In this document: positions 38,733 to 50,522 of the stretch, one piece after another | Layout of the letters: each line of letters opens with the position of its first letter | Numbering within the stretch: the stretch's first letter is position 1 | Source: Mobula hypostoma | Lineage: Eukaryota | DNA length: 64,000 nt | Reading direction: 5' to 3' | Assembly (NCBI RefSeq): GCF_963921235.1 | Contig: NC_086097.1 | Span: 226,860,001-226,924,000, forward strand | Translations under genes and position numbers: made by a program | The notes under the pieces: model-generated | What the model saw: the letters and a program-made list of their open reading frames with translations, nothing else | Database searches by the model: none | What the model was told of the DNA's origin: nothing

Positions 38733-40696
38733 CACTGGAGAACAAAGATTTTACATTTGGGTGTATCTTACAGATTTTGGGTTGTTCATTACAATCATCA
38801 TGAAATTTCCCTATCATGCAGCATGTTTTGAAATCCCTATATTTGTTATTTTTATTCATAATTCAAGTAAATTAAAATGTTGCCGACAACGTAAGCTGCA
38901 AACTTTTCTATCTTGTCCAGTTAGGCAGGGTGTATGCTGCAGGGTTTAGAAAAGCTCTAATTTTCCATGAAGGATTTTGATATTTGAAACAGATGTTTCT
39001 TAGAATAACTGATGGTAAGATTAAGGAAGACATTTTTGTTGGCCCACGAGTCAAACGAGTCATCAATGACTGGCAATTTGAAGAACCTCTTGTGGGACTG
39101 GAGAAAATCGCATGGAAAGCATTTAGGGATGTTGAAAACTTCCTTGGCAACTACAGAGCACCAAGCTGGTTGACATGCTTCAAGCATACAAAACCATGAT
39201 GTGCAAGTTGCCACTAAAGATTCATTTCTGCGTCCCCATTTAGACTTCCTGCAAATCTTGGCGCTGTCAGTGACAAGCAAGTGAAAGGTTTCAACAGGAC
39301 ATTGCGGTCATAGAGAAATAGTATCAGGCCAATTGGAATCCATCAATGCTAGCTGATTGTATTTGGCCCTTGAGTAAGAAGCCTCAGGCTACGTCCACAC
39401 TACGCCAGATAATTTTGAAAACGAAGTTTTTTCTCTTCGTTTTGACCTTTCGTCCACACTGAAACAGCGTCTTTAGCACCCAAAAACGGAGATTTTCAGA
39501 AATGGTCTCCAAAGTGAATAAATCTGAAAACGCCTAATATCCGTTGCAGTGTGTACGGGGTAACTGGAGCTTTTTAAAACTGCTGTCATGACATGCCAGA
39601 ACAAATGGCAGCAGCGCAGCATTTCATTGTTTTCTTCTTCTTCTTCTTCTTCTTATTATTATTATTGCTACCTTATTGTTTAGAGCATACAATCATCACA
39701 GCGATATTTGATTCTGCGCTTCGCAGAACCTAACAATTTCAGAACAGACAGCAAGGAGACTGAAACCAGAAGAGTTAGAAATGTTCTCACCAAATACTTC
39801 GACCCATAGCTTATTGAATAAGTAAGTATACTCACTTTGCCCTGTTTTCTGTCCTTGCTTGTATGAAGTTAAGGCAGGAAACACCCTCTGTCAACTCCAG
39901 TTTAAATTCCATGCGGAATATTTTGAAGGATCAAGAACCAAGAACCAAGAACCAAGGTAGTTTACCTATTTATGCAAGTACTTCTCTGACAATAAATGTG
40001 TAACAACCTCGTGTAACGTTGTATGGACATACAAGATAACACTGATGCAGTCATGTTTTATACATTTAACAAGGTGCTTTATTAATGCAACAGAGTTAGT
40101 CAGTTTTTCAATGTTCGTCGTAAGCTGGGTCATACTGTCCGTGAATTCCCTGTCGGTTGCCTCCATATGCTCCAGTATTTGTTTTTTTTTTGGTTTTAAG
40201 TCCTCCTGCGCTACAGCCAAGAGCAATTCCTTTTAAGTTTTTCTACTCTGTAACTGGACAAACGCGCACCAAGTATACCATTTCCTCTTCACTTGTTTTC
40301 TGTGTGTCCTGCGCTTGCCCAGTAGGAGGAGATTCGCCCAAATATCCGTCTAATGTGGACAGAGATACTTTGAAAAATGCTTAGTGTGGACGCCTGTCGT
40401 TTTTACTTGAAACCGGCATTTTCAGAATTATCCGGCGTAGTGTGGACGTAGCCTCAGTCACTGAGTACAAATGAAAATCATCAGCAAAACATTCTTGGCT
40501 TAGTTGAACTATTGCAAAGCATCAGCACCGTTATACAATTAAACATATTCAATAAAAGTTAATTTTTTGTTTCTCCAAATTCCTACATTATACAAGTAGT
40601 CTAAAATTATAGTTGTGATCAGCTTCAAGTAGTCTATTGTAGCCAAAAAAAAACTCCAAGGAAAGCAACCCTTTTGAAAAAATTTGCTGTCCAGTG
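38733..40696 (+). mobile_element. Internally deleted Chapaev3-like (CMC) DNA transposon
   Basis: Imperfect TIRs CACTGGAGAACAAA (38733) and TTTGCTGTCCAGTG (to 40696), flanked by TTT on both sides. Transposase remnant KIKEDIFVGP...KIAWKAF...FLGN, LKIHFL..HLDF, ERFQQDI...YQANWNPSMLAD. Family name is from motif memory. Confidence 0.72.
39387..40453. mobile_element. Non-autonomous PIF/Harbinger element
   Basis: About 35-bp TIRs GGCTACGTCCACACTACGCC(A/G)GATAATT(T/C)TGAAAA. 3-bp TSD TCA at 39384-39386 and 40454-40456. Confidence 0.9.
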
Positions 40697-41559
40697 TTTT
40701 TAGCATCTGTAGTGTCTTAGAAAAATAGAGGGCTGTGGGTGACCCGAGGTAATTTCTAAAGTAAGTACATGTTCGGCACAGCATTGTGGGCCGAAGGGTC
40801 TGTATTGTGTTGTAGGTTTTCTATGTTTCTTTGGTATTTTAGAATTTTCAATATGAAGTAAGTAGTGGAAGGAACAATTTACTTCATAAATAAATACTGT
40901 ATCCTTAATATTGTTTTGGTATCTTTCTGCAGTTCATTTGTATTTACTTACTGAAGTAGCTCACTGACAACTGGTGTATATAAAGACAGTGAAGGGAAAT
41001 TGCAGTGGTGTTTTTTCAAAAGGAATTTCAAACTTTTGTTGACCTCCCTCCACTCTTACAAGGATGGACATTGACAGTTAAACCTGTGCAGAATTGCTAA
41101 TGGACTTCTGCAGATGCTATTTTGGAAGTCCAGTGTAACAAGACTTCCCCTTTTTAGACTTCCTTTCTTACAGGGAAGGTGTTTGCCATTGAGTTCAAAG
41201 TCTTATGAATATAATTTCCTTACAAGTTTAAATTCTGTTTGATTTGCTCTGTCATGTTCGTACTTTTTGTGTCATAATATAGAATTATTCAGAGAATTGC
41301 TTATATAAATAGTTTGATTTGAAGGTGGTTATGTTCTATAAAACAATTACATAATTGAAAAAAAATTGAGCATATAGCATCATTGTATTTGAAAGGACTT
41401 TTTCACATTTATTTTATTTACAAGAAATTAAATTCTGTGTTGTTCAGCACACTTGGTGACACCTTGTGGATTCCTCATTAAAACTACCAGATGATAGCAC
41501 GTGACAATTGTAAAAGCGATGGTATAATCCAGGATAAAGATCTCAATCTGCCTGGACTA

Positions 41560-42240
41560 CTGCAACAGATGTGCTAAACCATTCATCTACCTAGTCCCTT
41601 TGTCCTGCACCTGGACCATAGCCATCTATATAGCTCCCATTCATGTACCGATCCAAATTTCTCTTAAATGTTCAAATCGAACCCACATCTACCACTTGCA
41701 CTGACAGCTTGTTCCACATTCTCACCATCCTGTAAGTGAAGAAATTCCCCTTCATGTTCCTCATAAACATTCCACCTTTCACCCTGAACCCATGACCTTT
41801 AGTTGTAGTTTCACCCAACTGTGGCGGAAAAAAGCCTGTTAGCATTTACCCTATCAGTACCTCATATAATTTTGTATACCTTAATCTAATCTCCTCTCCC
41901 ATTCCAGGCAATAAAATCCTAACCTATTCACCCTTTCCATATAGCATTAGTCCCCAAATTTGGACAAAGTCCTTGCAAATTTTCTCAGCACTCCTTCAAT
42001 CCTATTTACCTCTTTCCTGTAGTTAGGTGACCAAAAACTGCACACAATACTCCAAGTTAGGCCTCATCAATGTCTTATTCAATTTCAACGTAATATCCCA
42101 TTTCCTGGACTCAGTACAATGATAAATGAAGGCCATTGTGCCAAAAGCTTTCTCTATAACCCTATCTACTCTATCCACTTTGAAGGAATTATGGATCTGT
42201 ATTCCCAGATCCCTCTTTTCTGTGGCACTGCTCATGAGCA
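41560..42240 (-). mobile_element. CR1 LINE 3' fragment
   Basis: ORF 42023-42310 'RDLGIQIHNSFKV...RPNLEYCVQF'. Confidence 0.85.
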
Positions 42241-42537
42241 TAATGCAGACTGAGAGGATGTACATGTAAAGGTAGAATTCAAATGAGTTTGAAGAGCTTC
42301 CTGAAAGCACGAGCGAGAAAACTTTACATACTAAAATGAATCATGCTTGATTTGACTTGAAAATTGGGCAAAATTTCTTATGTTCTCTGATATCAGTCAC
42401 AACTTGGATTTCAGTTGAAGGATAACGTTGTTCAACCTGCTCTGGCCTTCAGGTTGAAGTAAGCTTGGTGGTAATCATCGTGGCAAAAATTAAGTGGTCT
42501 GAAGTGTCTGGTTTAACTGATTTGGTTTTGTTTGTAG

Positions 42538-42687
42538 ATGAAGGTAAGGATTCTTCAGTCTTATGTAAATGATCTTGGTGACCAAAACAAAGTCTTGGTT
42601 CAGACAATCGAAGATCTTGAAAAAGAAGCAAATGAAAAGATTGCGAATCTGGATACCAGACTGCGGAGAGATGACCAACTATTAACT
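42538..42687 (+). CDS. Coiled-coil gene, exon 2 (150 nt, phase 0/0)
   Basis: Acceptor TTTGGTTTTGTTTGTAG| and donor ACT|GTAAGA. Encodes MKVRILQSYVNDLGDQNKVLVQTIEDLEKEANEKIANLDTRLRRDDQLLT with heptad pattern, in unique sequence. Confidence 0.85.
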
Positions 42688-42949
42688 GTAAGATTACACG
42701 TATATTCTTATTTCTTAGCCTTTGAAATTCAGGTCTGATAATTTGAAAATGCTTGGTGGGCTCTGTTGAAGTAATTGATGCTTGATCCTTGGTTATTGTA
42801 GTCTGGGTAATGTTACTGGGTAGAGTGTGAATGATTCCTTTAAACATAGATAGACATGTACAAAATATCCATGCCATAGCAGTTTGAACTTTCAGACCAA
42901 CAATTTCTATTCTTACCCCTAATATAATACCAAAGATTTCACATTTTGA

Positions 42950-43447
42950 TGCTTTCTTGGGAACAAAGCATTGCAGTGGGTGGTGAGGGTAGCAGAGCGG
43001 GTTATTGGCACAGCATTACCCTCCCTCAGAGACATTTATACTGGCAGACTTCAAAAGAAGGCTACTTTTATTTCCAAGGATCCCACTCATCCTGGACATC
43101 ACCTGTTTTCCCCTCTACCTTCTGGGAAGAGATACAGAGCATTAAGGACGAAAACAAAGAGTCTCCTTAACAGCTTCTACCCACAAGCAGTGAAATGTAT
43201 AACACCCCGTTCCTTCTCCTGCCTCCCTCCTAAGACGGCGGCAGCTAAATGCACCACACTTTCAGGAATGGCAGGTGTGCAATAGTCCTACCCCACCCCA
43301 TCCATATATTATTAATTTTGGACTGCACTCCTGAGGTTTTAGAGTTTATTTTATGTGTATATTCTTTGTCATGCTGCAAAACGTTGAGCTGCTAAACTAT
43401 GTTTCATTGCTCCACAACAATGACAATAAAGATCTTCTTCTTCTTCT
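42950..43447 (+). mobile_element. Rex1/Babar 3' fragment with (CTT)n tail
   Basis: ORF 42971-43285 'DPTHPGHHLFSPLPSGKRYR...NSFYPQAV', followed by GACAATAAAG and CTT repeats. Confidence 0.85.
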
Positions 43448-44539
43448 TAATTTGTTCATGCTAAGCACTGGAGCTAATAAATTGCTCAAACTTCATAATT
43501 TATATTTCAAACTGTATAATTTCTTTGCCTTTAGTTTCATAGATTTCTGTCTGTAAGTGATGTGTTGAACATTGCTGGTCTTGGATTTAATGCACTTAAT
43601 TCTATATCTGGTTTGAAAATAATTGCACATAAAATAACTATTCCACTGAGTCCAATAATCATTTTTTGTGTATGGGGTAGTTGGTGCAGAAGAGAGTGAC
43701 TAACATATTAATATTTCCAATTTGTCTATGCTTGGGTACTGTGGTTTTCATTGAAGAGGGGAATAAGCGGCTTTCTAGTTGGAGTATTTAAAACTTATAG
43801 AAGGAAAACTAGAAGCCATTCAGATACATATACGCCAAAAATTCCACGTGTGCTTTACATTTTCTTACATTTTTTACTAACCTGAAGTCCTTTCTTAAGT
43901 TCCTGATAAAGAAGGACCTTATGTTTTGTAAAGTAATTGACAACCATTCTTTTGAGGATTGGAAAGTTTATTGGGAACTTTTTTTGGAGATTGGAGATGA
44001 CATTTGAAAATAAATTTGTCAAAAACAAGTTTACGGATCAGATGCAGGCGTTGTTTCAAAGGTTTGTAGAAAGAGTCTATAGTTTTCCCTTGTGTATCTA
44101 CTATTTCCTACAGATAAGATATGATCTGAAATATGCTGAAGACGAGGAAAACAAATACATTCAGGGCTTTCAAAAAGGTAACAGATAGGCACTGAGGGGA
44201 AAAATAATTTACAGGCCAATGGCGTATGAGCAAAGGTATGACCCTGTGAGAATTATTAATTGAGGCACAAGTGTGAGCTCAGTGGGCAGAATGCTCTCCT
44301 GTGTTGCAATAATTCAGTGATTCTGCATCTGGTATCCTGAATATTATAGAAAGCAATTTTATATTATTGACAAGAACATATTTAAGATAATATGGCTGAC
44401 TTTAAGGAGGGTGTCAAGGCCTTAGACAATGTGGAAGCATTTGCTGTTGGAAAGATTTTTTTAAGTGAAATAATTGATAAGCGTTGCTAATGAGTCACTT
44501 ATTAGTATTTGAATTTACGCCAGTAGTGGTGATGGAACT

Positions 44540-45325
44540 GCAAACACGAGGAAATCTGCAGATGCTGGAATTTCAAGCAACACACATAAAAGTTGCTGGT
44601 GAACGCAGCAGGCCAGGCAGCATCTCTAGGAAGAGGTACAGTCCACGTTTCGGGCCGAGACCCTTCGTCAGGACTAACTGAAAGAAGAGCTAGTAAGAGA
44701 TTTGAAAGTGGAAGGGGGAGGGGAGATCCAAAATGATAGGAGAAGACAGGAGGGGGAGGGATGGAGCCAAGAGCTGGACAGTTGATTGGCAAAAGGGATA
44801 TGAGAGGATCATGGGACAGGAGGCCTAGGGAGAAAGAAAAGGGGGATGGGGGGAAGCCCAGAGGATGGGCAAGGGGTATAGTGAGAGGGACGGAGGGAGA
44901 AAAAGGAGAGAGAGAAAAAGAATGTGTGTATATAAATAAATAAATAACGGATGGGGTATGAGGGGGAGGTGGGGCATTAACGGAAGTTTGAGAAGTGAAT
45001 GTTCATGCCATCAGGCTGGAGGCTACCCAGACGGAATATAAGGTGTTGTTCCTCCAACCTGAGTGTGGCTTCATCTTTACAATAGAGGAGGCTGTGGATA
45101 GACATGTCAGAATGGGAATGGGACATGGAATTAAAATGTGTTGCCACTGGGAGATCCTGCTTTCTCTGGTAGACAGAGCGTAGGTGTTCGGCGAAACTAT
45201 CTCCCAGTCTGCGTCGGGTCTCGCCAATATATAGAAGGCCGCATCGGGAGCACCGGACGCAGTATATCACCCCAGCCGACTCACAGATGAAGTGTCGCCT
45301 CACCTGGAAGGACTGTCTGGGGCCC
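44540..45325 (-). mobile_element. Penelope-like element 3' part (GIY-YIG endonuclease) with 13-14 bp TSD
   Basis: 'GVIYCVRCSRCGLLYIGETRRRL..FAEH...PVATHFN'. TSD TGGTG(A/G)TGGAACTG at 44527-44540 and 45326-45339. Hammerhead motif at 44640-44675. Confidence 0.92.
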
Positions 45326-45989
45326 TGGTGGTGGAACTGAATGGTAGAAGCTTTTAAAAGAAAACTAGATAAATATTTGTAAAATAAACAAGTTTGATAA
45401 TACACTGCTTTAGTTCTGCATATGATTATTTTCTTAATAATGGACGGGCTGTGTCAGGGCATTGAGGTTGTTAGTCTATTTTATACAAATCATCAAATGC
45501 AGATACAAAACTATAAACATTAATCAAAAAGATTAATGGAATACTTGCTTTGATTAGTTCCCATCTGAAATGTTGTATTCGTTTTGGGTTTGGGACCCTA
45601 AGAAATTAAATGGTCTTCAAAGAATGCAAAGATCTGTGATTGTGTTGTTAATATCTAAATATTGTTAACATTGGTATACTTCCCTTCAGAATGGTGCTCG
45701 GGATCTTTATCATTGATGTGGTAAAAGGTTACGTGGTAAACCCACTTAAAACCAGATGTTTAACATTTCACTTGAAATAGGGTGTGTCTCTTGGTGTTCA
45801 TGTCAGTAGGTTTTCAGTGGGTCTACCAGATTACCTTTCAACGTTACATGGATTAACATTGCTGCTGCAATCAAGATGTAGATCTCTGCCCTACTGTTTA
45901 CGTATGTTAGTATACTATTTCTGCTAGGTTGGAAGACTAGTAATTAAGGTATATATTGCAATGGATAGGTATTTGAGATTCCTCTTTCA

Positions 45990-47670
45990 GCAAAGCAAAC
46001 TTCTTAATGGCCAAACATCTTAATTTCCATTCCCAGACCATTATGTTGGTCGATTGCCATCTCTTTTGCCAAGAGGAAGTCACCATCAGTGGAGGGGCAA
46101 CACCTTGTATTCCATCTGGGTAGTCTCCAGCCTGATGGTGTGAATATTGATCTGTCCTTTCAGTAAATTTTCTTTCTCCCCTCCTCCCCTCTTCTTCCGT
46201 TCCCTTTTATCTCTTCTGACCTGCTTATTACTTCCTTCTGGATCTCTTCTTCCTTTCCTTTCTCCTATTATCCACTCTCCTCTCCTATCAGATTCCTTCT
46301 TCTCCAACCCTTAGCAACATACACAGATACTGAAGGAACTCAGCGGGTCGGGCAGCATCTATGGAAAGGAATAAACCATCAATGTTTTCAGATGAAACCC
46401 TTCATTCGGACTGGGAAAAAAAGATGAGAAGTCAGAGTAAGAAGGTGGGGGAGAGGAAGAAAAAGTACTAGGTGATTGGTGAAAGTGGGAGGAGGAAGTG
46501 GTGAAGTAAACAGCTGGGAAGTTGATTAGTGAAAATGATAAAAGGCTGGAGGATGGGAAATCTGATACGAGAGGGTAGAAGATCATGGAAGAAGAGGAAG
46601 GAGGAGGGGCACCAGAGGGAAGTAATGGGTAGGTAAGGAGAAAAGTGAAAGAGGAAAACAGGAATGGGGCAGTTACTGGAAGTTTGAGAAATTGATGTTC
46701 ATGCCATCAGGTTGGAGGCTATCCAGACGGAATATAGGGTATTGTTTCTCTCACCTGAGTGTGGCCCCATCGCGACAGAAGAAGAGGCCATGGAGGAATG
46801 GGAATGGGAAGTAGAATTGAGATGGTGGCTACCGGGAGATCCTGCTTTTTCTGGTGGGCAGAGTGTAGGTGCTCAATGAAGCAGTTTCTCAACCTACATC
46901 AGGTCTCACCGATACACAGGAGGCCACACCAGGAGCACCGGATGCAGTAGGTGACCCCAATGGACTCTGGTGAAGTGTCGCCTCACATGGAAGAACTGTT
47001 TAGCGTCGTGAATGATGGAGGAAGTGTAGGGGCAGGTGTAGCACTTGTTCTGCTTGCCAAGAAGGAAAGTTGATGGATACAGGAGTCGCACAGGGAGTGA
47101 TCATTGTAGAAAGTGAAAGTTGGGGGGCGGGGGGAGGGAGAGATGTGCGTGGTGGTGGGATCCCATTGAAGATGGTGCAAGTTAGGAGAATTATGTTCTG
47201 GATGCGGAGACTAATTGGGTTGTAGGTGAGGACAAGAGGAACCCTATCCCTGGTCTTGCAACAGAAGGGTGGGATGAGGGCAGATGTGTGCAAAATGTAA
47301 GAGATGCAGGTGATGGCAACGTGGGTGGTGGAGGAAGGAAAGCCCTTTTCTTTGAAGGAGGAGGACATCTCTTACTTCTGGAATGAAAAGCCTCATCCTG
47401 AGAGCAGATGTGGCGAAGACGGAGAAACTGAGAGAAGGGTATGGCATTTTTAGAAGTGACATAGTAGGAAGAGGAATTGTTCACCTGGCTGTGAGAATCA
47501 GTGGTTTTATAAAAGATATCGGTCAATAGACTGTCAATAGAGATAGAGAAATCAAGAAAGGGGTGTCAGAAATGGACCAAGGGTTTTATCTTTCCCACCC
47601 AGCTGGCTTCACCTATCACTTTCTAGCTAGCCTCCTTCTCCTCCCTCAACTGGCGACTTCCTCTTTCTAC
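45990..47670. mobile_element. Older Penelope-like cluster with opposite-orientation pieces
   Basis: Plus piece about 45990-46312 and minus piece about 46313-47580, with 'DIFYKTTDSHSQ...KNAIPFSQFLRLRHICS' (ORF 47191-47526). Confidence 0.8.
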
Positions 47671-47683
47671 GTTTGTATTTCCA

Positions 47684-50220
47684 TAAGACATAGGAGCAGA
47701 ATTAGGCCATTCAGCCCATTAATTATGCTCCGCTATTCCATCATGACTGATCCCGGATCCCACTCAACCCTGTACACCTGCCTTCTCGCCATATCCTTTG
47801 ATGCCATGACTGATCAGAAAACGTTCAACTTCTGCCTTATATATACGCATGGACTTTGCCTCTACCACAGCGTATGGCAGAGCATTCCACAGGTTTACAA
47901 CTCTCTGGCCTCTCTGGCTAAAGAAATTCCTCCTTACCTCTGTTCTAAAGGGTTGCCCCTCAATTTTGAGGCTGCGTCCTCTAATTCTGGATAACCCCAC
48001 CACAGGAAAGATTCTCTCCACATCTACCCTATCCAGACCTTTCAACATTGAATAGTTTTCAATGAGATTCCACCCCCCCCAACATTCTTCAAAATTTCAG
48101 TGAGTACAGGCCTAAAGCTGCCAAATGCTCCTTATACGTTAACCCCTTCGTTCCCGAAATCATCCTCGTGAACCTTCTCTGGATTCTCTTTAATGATAAT
48201 ACATCCTTTCTGAGATATAGGGCCCAAAAATGTTGACAACACACTGAGCCTTTATAAGACAGTATTATCTCCTTGCTTTTATATTCTTTTCCCCTTGGAG
48301 TAAATGTCAACATTGCTTTTGTCTTCTCTACCACAGACTCAACTTCTGGGAGTCTTGAACGAGGACTCCTAAGTCCCTCTGCACCTCTGATGTTTGAACT
48401 TTCTCCCCATTTAGATAATAGTCTGCACTATTGTTCCTTTTACCAAAATGCATTATCATACATTTCCTAACACTGTATTCCATCTGCCACTTTTTTGCCC
48501 ATTCTTCCAATTTGACTTAAGTCCTGCTGCAATCGCATTGCTTCCTCAGCACTACCTACACCCTCCATCTATCTCTCTATTATCTGCAAACTTTGCACAA
48601 AACTATCAATTCCACTATTGACAAACAATGTGAAAAGCAGCAGTTCCCATACTGACCCCTGAGGAACACCACTAGTCACCAGGAGCTAACCAGAAAAGGC
48701 CCCTTTTATTTCCACACCCTGCCTCCTGCCTGTCAGCCGTTCCTCTATCCATGTCAGTATCTTTCTTGTAACGCCACAGGATTTTATCTTGTTAAGCAGC
48801 CTCGTGTGTGGCACCTTATTAAACGCATTCTGAAAATCCAAGTAAATGACATCCACTGCCTCTCCTTTGTCTACCCTGCTTGTTACTTTCTCAAAGAACT
48901 CTTAACAGATTAGGACATACTTGGTAAATGGTAGGGCATTGAAGAATGCAGTAGAACAGAGGGATCTAGGAATAATGGTGCATAGTTCCCTGAAGGTGAA
49001 ATCTCATGTGGATAGGGTGGTGAAGAAAGCTTTTGGTATGCTGGCCTTTATAAATCAGAGCATTGAGTATAGGAGTTGGGATGTAATGTTGAAATTGTAC
49101 ATGGCATTGGTGAGGCCAAATTTGGAGTATTGTGTACAGTTTTGGTCACCGAATTATAGGAAAGATGTCAACAAAATAGAGAGAGTACAGAGAAGATTTA
49201 CTAGAATGTTACCTGGGTTTCATCACCCAAGTTACAGAGGAAGGTTGAACAAGTTGGGGTCTTTATTCTTTGGAATGTAGAAGGTTGAGGGGGGACTTAA
49301 TAGAGGTATTTAAAATTATGAGGGGGATAGATAGAGTTGACGTGGATAGGCTTTTTCCATTGAGAGTGGGGGAGATTCAAACAAGAGGACATGAGTTGAG
49401 AGTTAAAGGGCAAAAGTTTAGGGGTAACATGAGGGGGAACTGTGTGGTAGCTGTGTGGAACGAGCTTCCAGCAGAAGTGGTTGAGGCAGGTTTGATGTTG
49501 TCGTTGAAAGTTAAATTGGACAACTATATGGACAGGAAAGGAATGGAGGGTTATGGGCTGAGTGCAGGTCGGTGGGACTAGGTGTGAAGAAGAGTTCGGC
49601 CCGGACTAGAAGGGCCAAGATGGCCTTTTTCTGTGCTGTAATTGTTATATGGTTATATGGTTATTTGTCAGGCAAGATTTTGTTTGACAGAAAACATGCT
49701 GACTTTGACTCATTTTATCATTGGTCTCCAAGTACTTCAAAACCTCATTGTTAATAATATACTCCTCCACTTTCCCAACCACTGAGGTTAGGCTAACCGG
49801 CCTGTAATTTCCTTTCTTTTGCCTTCCTCCCTTTTTAAAGAGTTGTAATCTTCCAGTCCTCTGGGACCATGCCAGAATCAAGTGATTCTTGACCAATGCA
49901 TCCGTTATCTCTTCAACAATCTCTCTCAGAAGTCTGGGATGTAGTCCATCTGGCCCAGGTGACTTATCTACCTTAGGACCTACGAGTATGCCTAGCACTT
50001 TTTCCTTTGTAAAATCTATGGCACTCACAGACCTCTGGCACACTGCTAGTGTCTTCCACAGTGATGACAGATGCAAAGTACCCATTAAGTTCATTTGTCA
50101 CTTCTTTGTCCCCTATTACTATCTCAGCTGCATCATTTTCCTGTGGTCCAATATCAACTCTTACCTCCCTTTTACTCTTTAAATAACAGGGAAAAAAAAA
50201 ACTTTTAGTATCCTGCTTTA
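47684..50220 (-). mobile_element. CR1 LINE interrupted by a younger CR1
   Basis: ORFs 49645-50094, 48328-48510, 48089-48334 and 47764-48048 are CR1 ORF2 pieces. The host sequence AACAGATT|TGTCAGGCAAG is split at about 48911/49665. Confidence 0.9.
48911..49663 (+). mobile_element. Young 5'-truncated CR1, same subfamily as 33625-35985
   Basis: ORFs 48921-49280 and 49270-49581 nearly match ORFs 34119-34403 and 33705-34001. GGTTATAT tail. Confidence 0.93.
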
Positions 50221-50390
50221 TTTCAGAAAAAATCTTCTGGTATTCTGCTTTATTTCAGCCCTGAAGAAGGGTCTCTCTCTGAAGCGTTGAATATTTGTTC
50301 ATTTCCATAGATGCTGCCTGATCTGCTGAGTTCTTCCAGTGTTTTGTGTGTGATACTAAAATACGGTTTACAATATTTTTTATTTGACAG

Positions 50391-50522
50391 GAACAACAAT
50401 TAAAATGGGAAGCATCCAAAGAAGAAATTGATCACCTACGTGGAGAAAACATGAATGTAAAAATTGATCTCAGCACTCTGGTTTGTGCTATACAGCAAGC
50501 TGAAAAATCACAAAAATTTGAT
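50391..50522 (+). CDS. Coiled-coil gene, exon 3 (132 nt, phase 0/0)
   Basis: Acceptor TTTTTTATTTGACAG| and donor GAT|GTAGGT. Encodes EQQLKWEASKEEIDHLRGENMNVKIDLSTLVCAIQQAEKSQKFD, in frame with exon 2. Confidence 0.78.

Noticed and set aside
39631..39956. (TTC)n(TTA)n and (AAGAACC)3 repeats
   Set aside because: Ordinary simple repeats inside the Harbinger element.
44114..44177. Exon-like segment with good AG/GT sites (IRYDLKYAEDEENKYIQGFQK)
   Set aside because: 64 nt would shift the frame between phase-0 exons, and it overlaps a decayed CR1 3' end. At most a cryptic exon.
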